Below are positions 16,738-26,201 of a stretch of DNA of 64,000 bases, piece after piece. Within the stretch, counting starts at the first letter, position 1. The number at the start of each line of letters is the position of its first letter. The notes below the pieces were generated by a model that worked only from the letters and a program-made list of their open reading frames with translations, was not told where the DNA came from and did no database searches. Origin of the DNA: Mycobacterium sp. (GTDB lineage Bacteria; Actinomycetota; Actinomycetes; Mycobacteriales; Mycobacteriaceae); contig JAVROT010000088.1 in NCBI GenBank assembly GCA_032162605.1, forward strand, positions 1,144 through 65,143, read 5' to 3'. The position numbers were made by a program, and so were the translations under genes.

Positions 16738-17436
16738 ATGACCAGGTCCTCAGAGCCCGATGACCGTTGGAAGCCCGACGAGGCGCTGACCGCCTTCGCC
16801 GACCTCGATGTCGACCGTGCAGCCCGACGCGGTTATCCGGAGGCGGTGTACTGCCGGGGCAAGACGGCCGAGCAGGTCCGGCTCATCGCCGGTGCGCTGC
16901 GCGGCCACCGAGCGCGCACGTTGTTCACCCGGGCGAGCCCGGAGCAGGCCGCAGCGATTCTCGGCGAGCTGCCCGACGCCTTCCACGACGCAGCCAGCGG
17001 GCTGCTGGCGTGGCCGCCCGACCCGCCGGATCCGGTCGGTGGGCAGGTCCTCGTCGTGGCTGCGGGCACGGCCGACCATCCCGTCGCGCGGGAGGCCCTG
17101 CTCACCGCCCGGCACCTGGGCCGCAGCGCCGATCTGATCATGGACGTCGGCGTCGCCGGCCTGCACAGAGTGCTGCGGAGGCTTGACGCGCTCCGTTCGG
17201 CCAGGGTGATCGTCGTGGTGGCGGGTATGGACGGAGCACTGCCCGGGGTGGTCGCCGGACTGGTCGCGGCGCCGGTGGTGGCGGTGCCGACGTCGACCGG
17301 GTACGGCGCGGCGTTCGAGGGCCTGGCGCCACTGTTGACGATGCTCAACAGTTGCGCGCCCGGGGTAGCCGTGGTGAACATCGACAACGGTTACGGCGCA
17401 GGCCACCTTGCCGCTCAGATAGCTGCACCATCCTGA
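16738..17436 (+). CDS. larB: LarB-type nickel-pincer cofactor biosynthesis protein (AIR-carboxylase-like NaAD carboxylase/hydrolase)
   Basis: VVAAGTADHPVAREA, VAGLHR, VVAGMDGALPGVVAGL, VVAVPTSTGYG and NIDNGYGAG. The GTG at 16669 is an alternative start. Confidence 0.85.
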   Translation: MTRSSEPDDRWKPDEALTAFADLDVDRAARRGYPEAVYCRGKTAEQVRLIAGALRGHRARTLFTRASPEQAAAILGELPDAFHDAASGLLAWPPDPPDPVGGQVLVVAAGTADHPVAREALLTARHLGRSADLIMDVGVAGLHRVLRRLDALRSARVIVVVAGMDGALPGVVAGLVAAPVVAVPTSTGYGAAFEGLAPLLTMLNSCAPGVAVVNIDNGYGAGHLAAQIAAPS

Positions 17437-18668
17437 TCGCGAGGCTCGCCCGACCATGGCGCGCCGGGACGGAGCATCGCGGCGTCGGCGGCCGCGATCG
17501 CCTCGTCGAGCACCTGCCGCACCGGTAAGTCGCGGGCCCGGGCCACGGCCGCGGCGTCGTCGAACTCCGGGGTTGCGTGCACGATGCGTCCGGCCCGCAC
17601 CGCCACCTTGATCCGCACCTCGCCGCCGCGCAGCGCGACGGCCCGCCAGCCTCGGTCCAGGGCCACGCGGGACACCGGATACTCCCGTACGCCGATCGTC
17701 GAAGTCAACGCAAAGACGTTGTCGCGCAGTTCTGCCCGCTCGGCGTCCCGGGCGAGCACGCATAGCGTGTGCGCTGGCCGACCCTTCTTCATCACGATCG
17801 GCACCAGCCACGCGTCGGCGGCTCCCGACTCGAGCAGTGCGGCCAGCACCGTCGGCCATACCCGCGGATCCAGGTCGTCGACGTTTGTCTCCAGTACCCA
17901 CATGCCGTCGGCCGTCGGCACATCGGCGATGGGAATGCCGAGGGCCACGCGGACCACGTTGGCCCGCCCCGGGACGTCACGCCCACCCGCGCCCACTCCC
18001 ACCGCGGTGATCTCCATCGGTCCAATCGACCCGCACTCGTTTGCCAGTGCACGGATCAGAGCCATGCCGGTAGGCGTGGCGAGCTCGCCCTCGCCACCCG
18101 CGAGGACACGCCAGCCTCTGGCGAGCTCGAGAACCGCGGGTGGTGGCACCGGCAGATCGCCGTGGGCTGAGCCGACCCGCCCGGAGCCCACCGCTACCGG
18201 GCTGGCCGTCACCCGTGTGACAGCGAGCTCGGCCAGCGCGGCGCACACGCCGACGATGTCGGCAATCGAGTCCCACGAACCCACCTCGTGGAAATGCACG
18301 TCATCGGGTGCGACTCCGTGCACCCGCCCCTCCGCGTCGGCAAGCCGTGCGAACGCCGCGAGCGCGGTGGTGCGCACCGCGCTGGGCAGCTCAGCGTCTT
18401 CGAGCATCGAACGGATGCGTGCCCACGAGCGGTGCGGATGATCCTCGGCACGACTCTCGACGTCAATCTTCAACGCGCGCAGGCCGGCTCGGTGCACTGT
18501 GCTCGTTCGTAGTGCGACCTCGCCGGGCACGACGGCGGACACTGCGGATTCGACCCGGTCGAGCGGGGCGCCGGCGTCGATCAATGCGCCCATCAACATG
18601 TCACCCGCGATGCCCGCGGTGGCGTCCACCCACAGGTGCAAGCCCGCACTGTGCCCCATGACCGCCAC
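17415..18668 (-). CDS. larC: LarC-type nickel insertion (cyclometallase) protein
   Basis: GIAGDMLMGALIDAG, FHEVGSWDSIADIVG and PTGMALI. The C-terminal domain carries KKGRPAHTL. It converges on larB with a 22-nt overlap. The ATG at 18659 is an alternative start. Confidence 0.85.
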   Translation of the reverse strand: MAVMGHSAGLHLWVDATAGIAGDMLMGALIDAGAPLDRVESAVSAVVPGEVALRTSTVHRAGLRALKIDVESRAEDHPHRSWARIRSMLEDAELPSAVRTTALAAFARLADAEGRVHGVAPDDVHFHEVGSWDSIADIVGVCAALAELAVTRVTASPVAVGSGRVGSAHGDLPVPPPAVLELARGWRVLAGGEGELATPTGMALIRALANECGSIGPMEITAVGVGAGGRDVPGRANVVRVALGIPIADVPTADGMWVLETNVDDLDPRVWPTVLAALLESGAADAWLVPIVMKKGRPAHTLCVLARDAERAELRDNVFALTSTIGVREYPVSRVALDRGWRAVALRGGEVRIKVAVRAGRIVHATPEFDDAAAVARARDLPVRQVLDEAIAAADAAMLRPGAPWSGEPRDQDGAAI

Positions 18669-18776
18669 GCTATGCCGTCGACCCGGCCGCGGTGATGACA
18701 GTCGCTAATTCGGTTGTGCCGCAGGATGTTCAGTGCCGAACCTGAGGCAGCCGCAGCACATCGAACGAGCCCGGTG

Positions 18777-18870
18777 CTTACCCCACGGATAGGAAAACCT
18801 TCCCATCGACACGTGGAATCTGGCTTCCCGGCGATTACGCGAGCACGTCGCGATCACCACCATTTCAGTC
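18777..18870 (+). promoter_or_regulatory. conserved ~95-nt leader element, copy B (upstream of the ligase operon; within the divergent larC intergenic region)
   Basis: Aligns with 9270..9364. Palindrome GATAGGAAAACCTTCCCATC at 18788..18807. Same CGATCAC box. Ends at the ligase ATG (18871). Confidence 0.7.
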
Positions 18871-20544
18871 ATGACCCCGTACACACACAAGACGGTCCTG
18901 ACCCCGGAACTGAGGGCCAAGGTGGCCGCGGACTCCGGCATCGGCGGCGGCAACCTGCTGCACTCGATGCTCGCCATCAACCCGTATCCGGATGAGCCGT
19001 TCATCCACTCGCTGACTCCGGTGCCCTACACCGACGGTGAGACGCGGACCGAGTTCAGCCTCCGCGACCTCGACCACCTGGTCCAGAGCTGGTCGGTGTG
19101 GTACCAGGCGCAAGGCGTGCGGCCGAAAGACCGGGTCGCGATCTTTCTGCCCGACTCCATCGCATATTTCGTGCACTACTCGGCCATCGCCCAGCTCGGC
19201 GCCATCGCCGTGCTCATCAACTGGAAGGCGCCGCGGGAGAGTGCGATCGCGTTGTGCGAGCGGACCGGCGCGATCGGCCTGTACACCGATCTGGAGCGAT
19301 TGGACCGGATCGGGCCCGATCTGGACAAGCTGGCGCTGCGGTGGATCAGGACCATCGAAGAGATGCCGAGTCCGGCTTCGGCGACGCTGAGCGACGAGGC
19401 ACGGTTTAGGCATCATCCCGAGGACCCGGTGGGAATGATGCACTCGTCGGGCACGACGGGCCTGCCCAAGCCGGTCATCCACACCCACCGCACGATTCTG
19501 GAGGGTCCCAAGTTCCGTGCCGTCGACTACAAGGAGGAACCCGACGCACTGATCATGACCGCGCTTCCGCAGTCGCATCAGGGCACCATCTCGTTCACCT
19601 CCTACGCGGTCCTGACCGGACAGCCGTTGCTGGCCTGGCGGGATGTCACCGGCGAGGAGCTGGCGGCGGCCATCCCGGAGCACCAGCCGACGATGGTGAT
19701 GGCCTTCGGCCATGCCTACCCCGAGCTCGCCGCGCTGGAGACTCCTACCGGCGCCCTCGACTCAGTGAACATCTGGGTCTCCATGGGGGATGCCGTGCAC
19801 GAGCGGCACCTGAAGAACGTCCTCGCGCGCCGCTCTGCAGACCTCCCACCAGCTGCCTTCCTCGACCGCCTTGGCACCACCGAGCTGGGATGGGGCGTCT
19901 TGATGCATCCACGCACCCTGGCGACCCAGCGCAACGACCGCTGCGTCGGCCGCTCGGTCGGCTTCGCAGAGGTCGCCATCCTTCGGCCGAACGGCACTCT
20001 CGCCGCACCGTACGAGTGCGGGTTCCTCGGGGCGAAACCACCGTCCATGACCGTGGGGTACTGGGGCAACCAGGAGACCTATTACCGGAGCATCCTCGCC
20101 GGTTACTGGCTGACCGGCGACGTCGCCTTTCGCGACGACGACGGCTACTTCTACCAGGTCGACCGCGCGGTCGACGTGGTGCACACCGCGCAGGGGCCCG
20201 GCTACTCGGTGCAGATGGAGGAGCTGGTCCTCAACGAGGTCGTCGGCGTCGAGGACTGCACGGTCGTCGCCGGCGGATATCGAAACGAGACGGTGGCCGT
20301 CGCCGTGGTGACTGGAGCGGACATCGACCCGGAAAAGGTGCTGTCAGCGGCCAATGATGCGTTGCGCGCGACCGGGAAGCCGGAATTGGCCATGGTCGAG
20401 GTCGCGAACGCCGACGGCGACTTCCCACTCGGCGTCACTGGTAAGTCGCTCAAGCGCTACCTGCGCGAGAAGTACGAGGACCTCGTCGTCTACCTCGGCG
20501 ATCACCAAAGCAAAAACCTCGCCACGAGCCCTGCGCTCGCCTAA
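18871..20544 (+). CDS. ANL-superfamily AMP-forming ligase (CreM-like diazotase candidate or acyl/aryl-CoA ligase)
   Basis: MHSSGTTGLPKPVIHTHRT (A3), GTTELG (A5), GDVAFRDDDGYFYQVDR (A8), GVTGKSLKR (A10 Lys). Confidence 0.85.
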   Translation: MTPYTHKTVLTPELRAKVAADSGIGGGNLLHSMLAINPYPDEPFIHSLTPVPYTDGETRTEFSLRDLDHLVQSWSVWYQAQGVRPKDRVAIFLPDSIAYFVHYSAIAQLGAIAVLINWKAPRESAIALCERTGAIGLYTDLERLDRIGPDLDKLALRWIRTIEEMPSPASATLSDEARFRHHPEDPVGMMHSSGTTGLPKPVIHTHRTILEGPKFRAVDYKEEPDALIMTALPQSHQGTISFTSYAVLTGQPLLAWRDVTGEELAAAIPEHQPTMVMAFGHAYPELAALETPTGALDSVNIWVSMGDAVHERHLKNVLARRSADLPPAAFLDRLGTTELGWGVLMHPRTLATQRNDRCVGRSVGFAEVAILRPNGTLAAPYECGFLGAKPPSMTVGYWGNQETYYRSILAGYWLTGDVAFRDDDGYFYQVDRAVDVVHTAQGPGYSVQMEELVLNEVVGVEDCTVVAGGYRNETVAVAVVTGADIDPEKVLSAANDALRATGKPELAMVEVANADGDFPLGVTGKSLKRYLREKYEDLVVYLGDHQSKNLATSPALA

Positions 20545-20561
20545 TTCGATTGGGAACCGCC

Positions 20562-21596
20562 ATGACTACATCAGACATTCTGCTCGTCTTCGACAAGACC
20601 GTTACCCCCGCCGGCGTCGAGGGATGGATGCGGCACCTGGAATCTGCCAACGCACCCACCGATGTGTACCGGCTCGGCACCACTCACGTCCTGTCGGTAT
20701 CCGATGTGGACCTCATCCACCGGGGGGGGCCGGTGCTTCCCGAGCCCACCCACCAGGTGCTGTGGAACACCGACGTCTGGTTGGGGCGCAGGGAACTGCG
20801 CCCCGGCGGGACAGTGGTTTCCTTCGGCACGACCACGATCGGCGACGGTTCCGTCGCGGTCATCGCCGGACCGTGCGCGGTCGAATCTCCCGAGCAAACG
20901 CACGCCACCGCGGCCTTCGTCGCCGAACACGGCGCCGTCGGCCTGCGGGGTGGCGTCTTCAAACCGCGGACCTCGCCGCATTCCTTCCAGGGCCTGCAGT
21001 GGGACGGCCTTGACCTGCTTGCCGAAGCCGGGGAGCGGACCGGCCTACCCGTCGTCACCGAGGTGGTCGACCCGGAGCACGTCAAGCGGCTGGCCGCGGT
21101 GGTCGACGGGTTCCAGATCGGGGCCAGAAACATGCAGAACTTCGCGCTGCTGACCGCGGTGGGTCAGAGCGGCCTGCCGGTCGTGCTCAAGCGCGGCTTC
21201 GGCTGCACCATGGAGGAAACACTCGCCGCGGCCGAGTATCTGCTGGTCGAGGGCAACGACCAGGTGGTGCTGTGCGAGCGGGGGATCCGCACGTTCGAAC
21301 CGTCGGCGCGCTTCACGCTGGACCTCACCGCGGTCGCGCTGTGGAAACAGCGCACCCACCTGCCGGTGATGGTGGATCCCAGCCATTCCGGTGGCCTGCC
21401 CGAACTCGTGGAACCGCTGTCGCTGGCCGCGGTCGCGGCCGGCGCGGACGCGCTACTGATCGACGTCCACGTTGCGCCGGAGAAGGCGTTGTGCGACGGC
21501 AACCAGGCACTTCGCCCACAACAGTTCGCCGACTTGATGACCCGGCTCGCCCCGATGGTGGCCGGACTCGGCCGCCACATGAGCAGCGGCGGGTAG
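20562..21596 (+). CDS. 3-deoxy-7-phosphoheptulonate (DAHP) synthase, type I-beta, with an N-terminal ferredoxin-like domain
   Basis: VIAGPCAVES, GGVFKPRTSPHSFQG, IGARNMQNF, KRG and VDPSH. About 75 extra N-terminal residues precede the barrel, as in regulated Thermotoga-type enzymes. Confidence 0.85.
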   Translation: MTTSDILLVFDKTVTPAGVEGWMRHLESANAPTDVYRLGTTHVLSVSDVDLIHRGGPVLPEPTHQVLWNTDVWLGRRELRPGGTVVSFGTTTIGDGSVAVIAGPCAVESPEQTHATAAFVAEHGAVGLRGGVFKPRTSPHSFQGLQWDGLDLLAEAGERTGLPVVTEVVDPEHVKRLAAVVDGFQIGARNMQNFALLTAVGQSGLPVVLKRGFGCTMEETLAAAEYLLVEGNDQVVLCERGIRTFEPSARFTLDLTAVALWKQRTHLPVMVDPSHSGGLPELVEPLSLAAVAAGADALLIDVHVAPEKALCDGNQALRPQQFADLMTRLAPMVAGLGRHMSSGG

Positions 21597-21608
21597 GGCA
21601 GTGACCCC

Positions 21609-23594
21609 ATGTCCACTGAGAAGCTACAGCTGGCAATCGTCGGATTCGGCCCACGCGGCTTGTCGGTCGCGGAACGCCTCTGCGCCAACGTCGAGTCGCT
21701 CCTGCCGGACGGTCGGGAACTCGTCATCCACCTCGTCGACCCGTACGTGTTCGAGGGCGGCCAGGTATGGCGAAGCACGCAGGACCAGGCGCTGTTGATG
21801 AACACGGTGGCCTGCCAGGTAACCATGTTCGTCGACGACACCGTCGACTGTGCCGGGCCGGTGGTGAGCGGGCCGAGCCTCTACGAGTGGGCCCGCTCGA
21901 TCGCCCTGATCGGCATCCCGAACGTACCGGAGGCGGTTCGCGCCGAAGCCGCCACGCTCGGGCCGGACGATTATCCGTCTCGGGCGTTCTACGGGAGTTA
22001 CCTGCAGTGGACGCGCGACCGGATCATCTGGTCGGCGCCCCCGGCGGTCAGCTTCATCTCGCACCAGGCGACCGCCGCCGACGTTCGGGATACCGCGCCT
22101 GGTTTGCAGGAAGTCGTACTGGACTCCGGGGAGACCATCGGCAATCTGGACGCCGTGGTGCTCGCGCTCGGTCACATGCCGCATCGTCTCGGCAAGTCCG
22201 AGGCGGCCCTCGGCCAGTTCGCCGACCTGCACGGCCTGCGGTATGTCGCACCGAGCAACCCGGCCGACGTGCCACTGGACGCGATCGGAGCGGGTGAGTT
22301 GGTGATCTTGCGCGGCATGGGCCTCAACTTCTTCGACTACATGGCGCTGTTGACCATCGGTCGTGGTGGCACGTTCACGCGCGAACTCGGCGGCACCCTG
22401 AGCTACCTGCCGTCGGGTCGGGAACCGCGCCTGGTTGCGGGATCACGGCGTGGAGTGCCCTACCAGGCTCGCGGCAAGAATCAGAAGGGGCCGTCCGGCA
22501 GGCACGAGCCGCGGTACCTGACCGCCGAGGTGATCGAGCGGCTGCGAGCCCGCGCCGACGCCGGGGTACCCGCAGGCTTCCGGCGGGACATCTGGCCGAT
22601 GATCGACCAGGAAGTCCGCACGGTGTACTACGCGACGCTGGTGCGGGAGCGTCGCTGCACCTGCGACGCCGAGGAGTTCACCGCCCTGTTCGCCGCGGCG
22701 GAGCGCGCGCTGGTGCCGACCCTCGGAGATCCTCTGGCCATCCAGGAGAGCGACGCCCAGCGCACCGTGCTCAGCAAGTTCGACATCTATCCCGACGAAA
22801 GCTGGGACTGGCGCAAGATCGCGGCGCCGTTCGTCGACGACGATCTCCGCTCGACCCAGAGCTTCCGCAGCTGGCTGCGGTCCTATCTGGACAGTGAAGT
22901 CCGGGAGGCCGGGAAGGGGAACGTGGCCGGTCCGCGCAAGGCCGCCCTGGATGTGCTGCGGGACCTGCGCAACGAGATCCGGTTGCTGGTCGACCACGGT
23001 GGCCTTTCCGGCGACTCCTACCGGGACGAACTGCAGCGTTGGTACATGCCGTTGAACGCCCACCTCTCCATCGGGCCACCGGCCGAACGCATCGAGCAGT
23101 TCGCCGCGCTGGTGGATGCCGGCGTGCTCGAGGTCCTCGGCCCGGACCTGCGCGTCGACTGCTCGGACGGACACTTCGTCGCGTACTCCCGAACCTGTCC
23201 CGACCTCACGGTGCGGGCTACCACGCTGATCGAGGCGCGCCTGCCGGAAGTCGACCTGCACCGGACGACAGATCCCCTGCTGCGGACGCTGCTGGACCGG
23301 GGCGAGTGCCAGCCGTACCGCATGCCGATCCGCGGCGGCGGTCAGTACGTGGCAGGTGGTGTCGCGGTCACCCGGCGGCCGTACCGGCTGCTCGACGCTG
23401 CAGATCGCCCGCACGCGCGGCGTTTCATGTTCGGCGTGCCCACCGAGTCGGTGCACTGGGTGACCGCGGCGGGCATCCGTCCCGGCGTCAACTCCGTGAT
23501 CCTCGGTGATGCGGACGCCATCGCCCGGTCCTGCCTGCGACCGCTGCTGCTCGCCGATGATCGCGGCGACCACCGGACCGAGACATCGGCGTGA
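21609..23594 (+). CDS. FAD/NAD(P)-binding protein (CreE/FzmM-like flavin N-oxygenase candidate)
   Basis: 661 aa. N-terminal LAIVGFGPRGLSVAERL dinucleotide-binding motif and a second GxG (ILRGMGLNFFD). The size and layout match the FAD-NAD(P)-binding family found next to fumarase-fold lyases. Confidence 0.7.
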   Translation: MSTEKLQLAIVGFGPRGLSVAERLCANVESLLPDGRELVIHLVDPYVFEGGQVWRSTQDQALLMNTVACQVTMFVDDTVDCAGPVVSGPSLYEWARSIALIGIPNVPEAVRAEAATLGPDDYPSRAFYGSYLQWTRDRIIWSAPPAVSFISHQATAADVRDTAPGLQEVVLDSGETIGNLDAVVLALGHMPHRLGKSEAALGQFADLHGLRYVAPSNPADVPLDAIGAGELVILRGMGLNFFDYMALLTIGRGGTFTRELGGTLSYLPSGREPRLVAGSRRGVPYQARGKNQKGPSGRHEPRYLTAEVIERLRARADAGVPAGFRRDIWPMIDQEVRTVYYATLVRERRCTCDAEEFTALFAAAERALVPTLGDPLAIQESDAQRTVLSKFDIYPDESWDWRKIAAPFVDDDLRSTQSFRSWLRSYLDSEVREAGKGNVAGPRKAALDVLRDLRNEIRLLVDHGGLSGDSYRDELQRWYMPLNAHLSIGPPAERIEQFAALVDAGVLEVLGPDLRVDCSDGHFVAYSRTCPDLTVRATTLIEARLPEVDLHRTTDPLLRTLLDRGECQPYRMPIRGGGQYVAGGVAVTRRPYRLLDAADRPHARRFMFGVPTESVHWVTAAGIRPGVNSVILGDADAIARSCLRPLLLADDRGDHRTETSA

Positions 23595-23667
23595 CCGCCC
23601 GAAGGCGACCGCGAGTGAGGATCGCAGCGAGGGACGAGCGAGGACCGGAGCGAGTGGGAGCGGAGGC

Positions 23668-25065
23668 ATGACTATGGACTATGGAATTCTGGCGCCCGCA
23701 TGGGCGGCGACGGGAGCGGCTGACCTCGTCGACGACAACGCATTGCTGACAGCCATGCTCGCTACGGAAGTCGCCCTGGCCGAGGCGCAGGCCGAGTTGG
23801 GCGTGATTCCGGCCGGCGCAGCGAAGGCGATCAGGGTCGCCGCCGTGCCCGCCGCCATCGACCTTGCAGTGGTGGCTGCGGGAGTGCGGGAGACGGCCAA
23901 CCCCGTCGTATCGTTCGTCGAGCAGCTCACCGCTGCGGTCCGGTCCGTCGACACGTCCGCCGCCGAGTATGTACACCGCGGCAGCACCAGCCAGGACATC
24001 CTGGACACCGCACTGACCCTGCTGTGCGCGGCGACGCTGAACCGAATCGAAAGCGACCTACTGGCGTGCGCCGACAGCCTGGCTGGACACGCCGATCGAC
24101 ATCGCGCGACACCGATGGCCGGGCGCACCCTGACCCAGCACGCCGTGCCCGTCACCTTCGGGCTGAAGGCGGCCACCTGGCTGCATCTGGTGCTCGACGC
24201 CGTGGAGCGGGTGCGCCGGACCCGCGCGGCGCTGCCGGTCTCGCTGGGCGGCGCGGCGGGCACGCTTGCCGCATACCACCAGTACGCGGTCGACACCGGC
24301 GATCCGGTTGACGCGACGCTGCGCTTGCCCGAGTTGGTGGCCCGTCGCCTTGGGCTGGCCGAGCCGACCCTTCCCTGGCACGGCATTCGCACGCCCCTGG
24401 CCGACGTTGCTGCGAGCTTGATGGTCACCACCGGAGCGCTCGGCAAGCTGGCCGCCGACGTCCTGGTGCTCACCCGGACCGAGATCGGGGAGGTCACCGA
24501 GGAACCGGCGCCGGGACGGGGCGCGTCCTCGGCCATGCCGCAGAAGCACAACCCGGTGTTCTCGACGCTCGTCGCGACCGCGGCCCGCCAGCTGCCACCG
24601 ATCGCCCTCGTGCTGTTCGGTTCCATGGCCGTGGAGGACGAGCGGTCTTCGGGTGGGTGGCATGCCGAGTGGCAACCTCTGCGGGAGTGCCTGCGCATCG
24701 GTGCCGGTGCCGCCGCCAATGCCGCTCACCTCGCGGCATCGCTTCGGGTCTCACCCGAGGCGATGGCGGCGAACCTGCGGCTGACCCGTGGCGCCATCGT
24801 CTCCGAGCGCGTCAACGTGGTTCTGGCGCCGTTGCTCGGCAAGGCCAAGGCCAAACAACTGCTGACCGAGGTGACCGCGGCGGCCGAGCGGGACGGTGCC
24901 GACGTCGCCGACCTGCTCGCGGTCGCGCTTGAGGAGGCCGGAGTAGCTGTCCCCAACGTGCCGGGACTGTTCGATCCGTCCGGCTACACCGGGGTGTCCG
25001 GTCCGCTGGTCGACCGGGCGCTCCAGCGTTTCGACGATGTCTTGAAGGAGATCTCCCATGGCTGA
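23668..25065 (+). CDS. fumarase/aspartase-superfamily lyase (CreD-like nitrosuccinate lyase candidate; PcaB/PurB-like)
   Basis: GSTSQDILDT, GRTLTQHAVPVTFG and the signature GASSAMPQKHNP. GGAGG lies just upstream of the ATG at 23668. Confidence 0.8.
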   Translation: MTMDYGILAPAWAATGAADLVDDNALLTAMLATEVALAEAQAELGVIPAGAAKAIRVAAVPAAIDLAVVAAGVRETANPVVSFVEQLTAAVRSVDTSAAEYVHRGSTSQDILDTALTLLCAATLNRIESDLLACADSLAGHADRHRATPMAGRTLTQHAVPVTFGLKAATWLHLVLDAVERVRRTRAALPVSLGGAAGTLAAYHQYAVDTGDPVDATLRLPELVARRLGLAEPTLPWHGIRTPLADVAASLMVTTGALGKLAADVLVLTRTEIGEVTEEPAPGRGASSAMPQKHNPVFSTLVATAARQLPPIALVLFGSMAVEDERSSGGWHAEWQPLRECLRIGAGAAANAAHLAASLRVSPEAMAANLRLTRGAIVSERVNVVLAPLLGKAKAKQLLTEVTAAAERDGADVADLLAVALEEAGVAVPNVPGLFDPSGYTGVSGPLVDRALQRFDDVLKEISHG

Positions 25066-26198
25066 TGTCGCCCCGCTGGAGTTCGACTGGCAGCGTGCAC
25101 GGCCGATCCCGGCCAGGCGGCGGGCAGAACTGCTCGCGCTGCCGGGGTTCGGCGACACCTACTCCGATCACATGGTGACCGTGCGGTGGAATGCCGAGCT
25201 GGGCTGGCACGACGCCGGGATCGGCCCGCTTGCCGCGTTCGCACTGCACCCCGCCACCATGGCGTTGCACTACGGCCAGACGGTTTTCGAGGGCTTGAAG
25301 GCCTTCTGGCGCCCCAACGGTCACCGGGCCTTGTTCCGGCCCGTCGACCATGCCCGCCGATTCGCCCGCTCGGCGCGCCGGATGGCCATGCCCACGCTGC
25401 CCGAGCAGGACTTCGTCGCGGCATTGGAGGCGCTGCTGCGGGCCGACGGTGACTGGGTACCTCGCACTCGAGGACACAGCTTCTATCTGCGGCCGTTCAT
25501 GATTGCGTCGGAGGCGCAGCTGGGCAACCGCCCCGCCGAGGAGTACCTGTTCGCCGTGATCGGCGGCCCGGCACGGCCCCCATCCGCGGAGCCGAAGCCG
25601 ATGCGGTTGTGGGCAGCCACCGAGTACATCCGTGCGGCGCCGGGCGGTACCGGTGCGGCCAAGTGTGGCGGCAACTACGGCGGCTCCTACATCGCCCAGC
25701 GACAGGCCGCGGCCAACGACTGCGACCAAGTCGTGTGGCTGGACGCGCGGGAGCGCCGGTACATCGAGGAAGCGGGCGGTTCCAACCTGTTCTTCGTGGA
25801 GTCGACCACCGAAGGCCCCCGCCTGCGCACGCCTCCGTTGAGCGGAACCCTGCTGGCGGGCGTCACCCGGGACACGATCCTGCGGTTGGCGGGACGACTC
25901 GGTTACCCGGTCGCCGAGGAGCCGCTCACGCTCGACGAGTGGGAGCAAGGGCTGCCGAGACGGGCGTATCACCGAGACCTTCGCGTGTGGCACCGCCCGG
26001 GCCATTGCCCCGGTCGGGCACGTGGTCTCCGCGCAGCGGGACTGGCCGGTGGGGGACGGCACTGCGGGGCCGGTCACGTCGCGGCTGCTGAAGGCATTAC
26101 TCGACATCCATTGCGGCCAGACTCCAGACGAATTCGGCTGGATACGTCTCGTCGACACCTACGGCGAGGCCTCCACACCCCGCCTCGAGGAGGGATGA
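25058..26198 (+). pseudogene. class IV (IlvE-like) aminotransferase, frameshifted near 25946-25968
   Basis: Frame 1 gives DHMVTVRW, FEGLKAF, YLRPF, GGTGAAKCGGNY ... DEWEQG. The conserved C-terminus ITETFACGTARAIAPVGHV...GWIRLV is in the +1 frame and ends at the TGA at 26196..26198. Confidence 0.75.
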
Positions 26199-26201
26199 TC
26201 C

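Noticed and set aside
23595-23667. Purine-rich GCGAG/GGAG-repetitive spacer between the CreE-like and CreD-like genes
   Set aside because: I considered a tandem repeat or regulatory RNA. The units are irregular and it looks like low-complexity sequence ending in the lyase SD (GGAGG).
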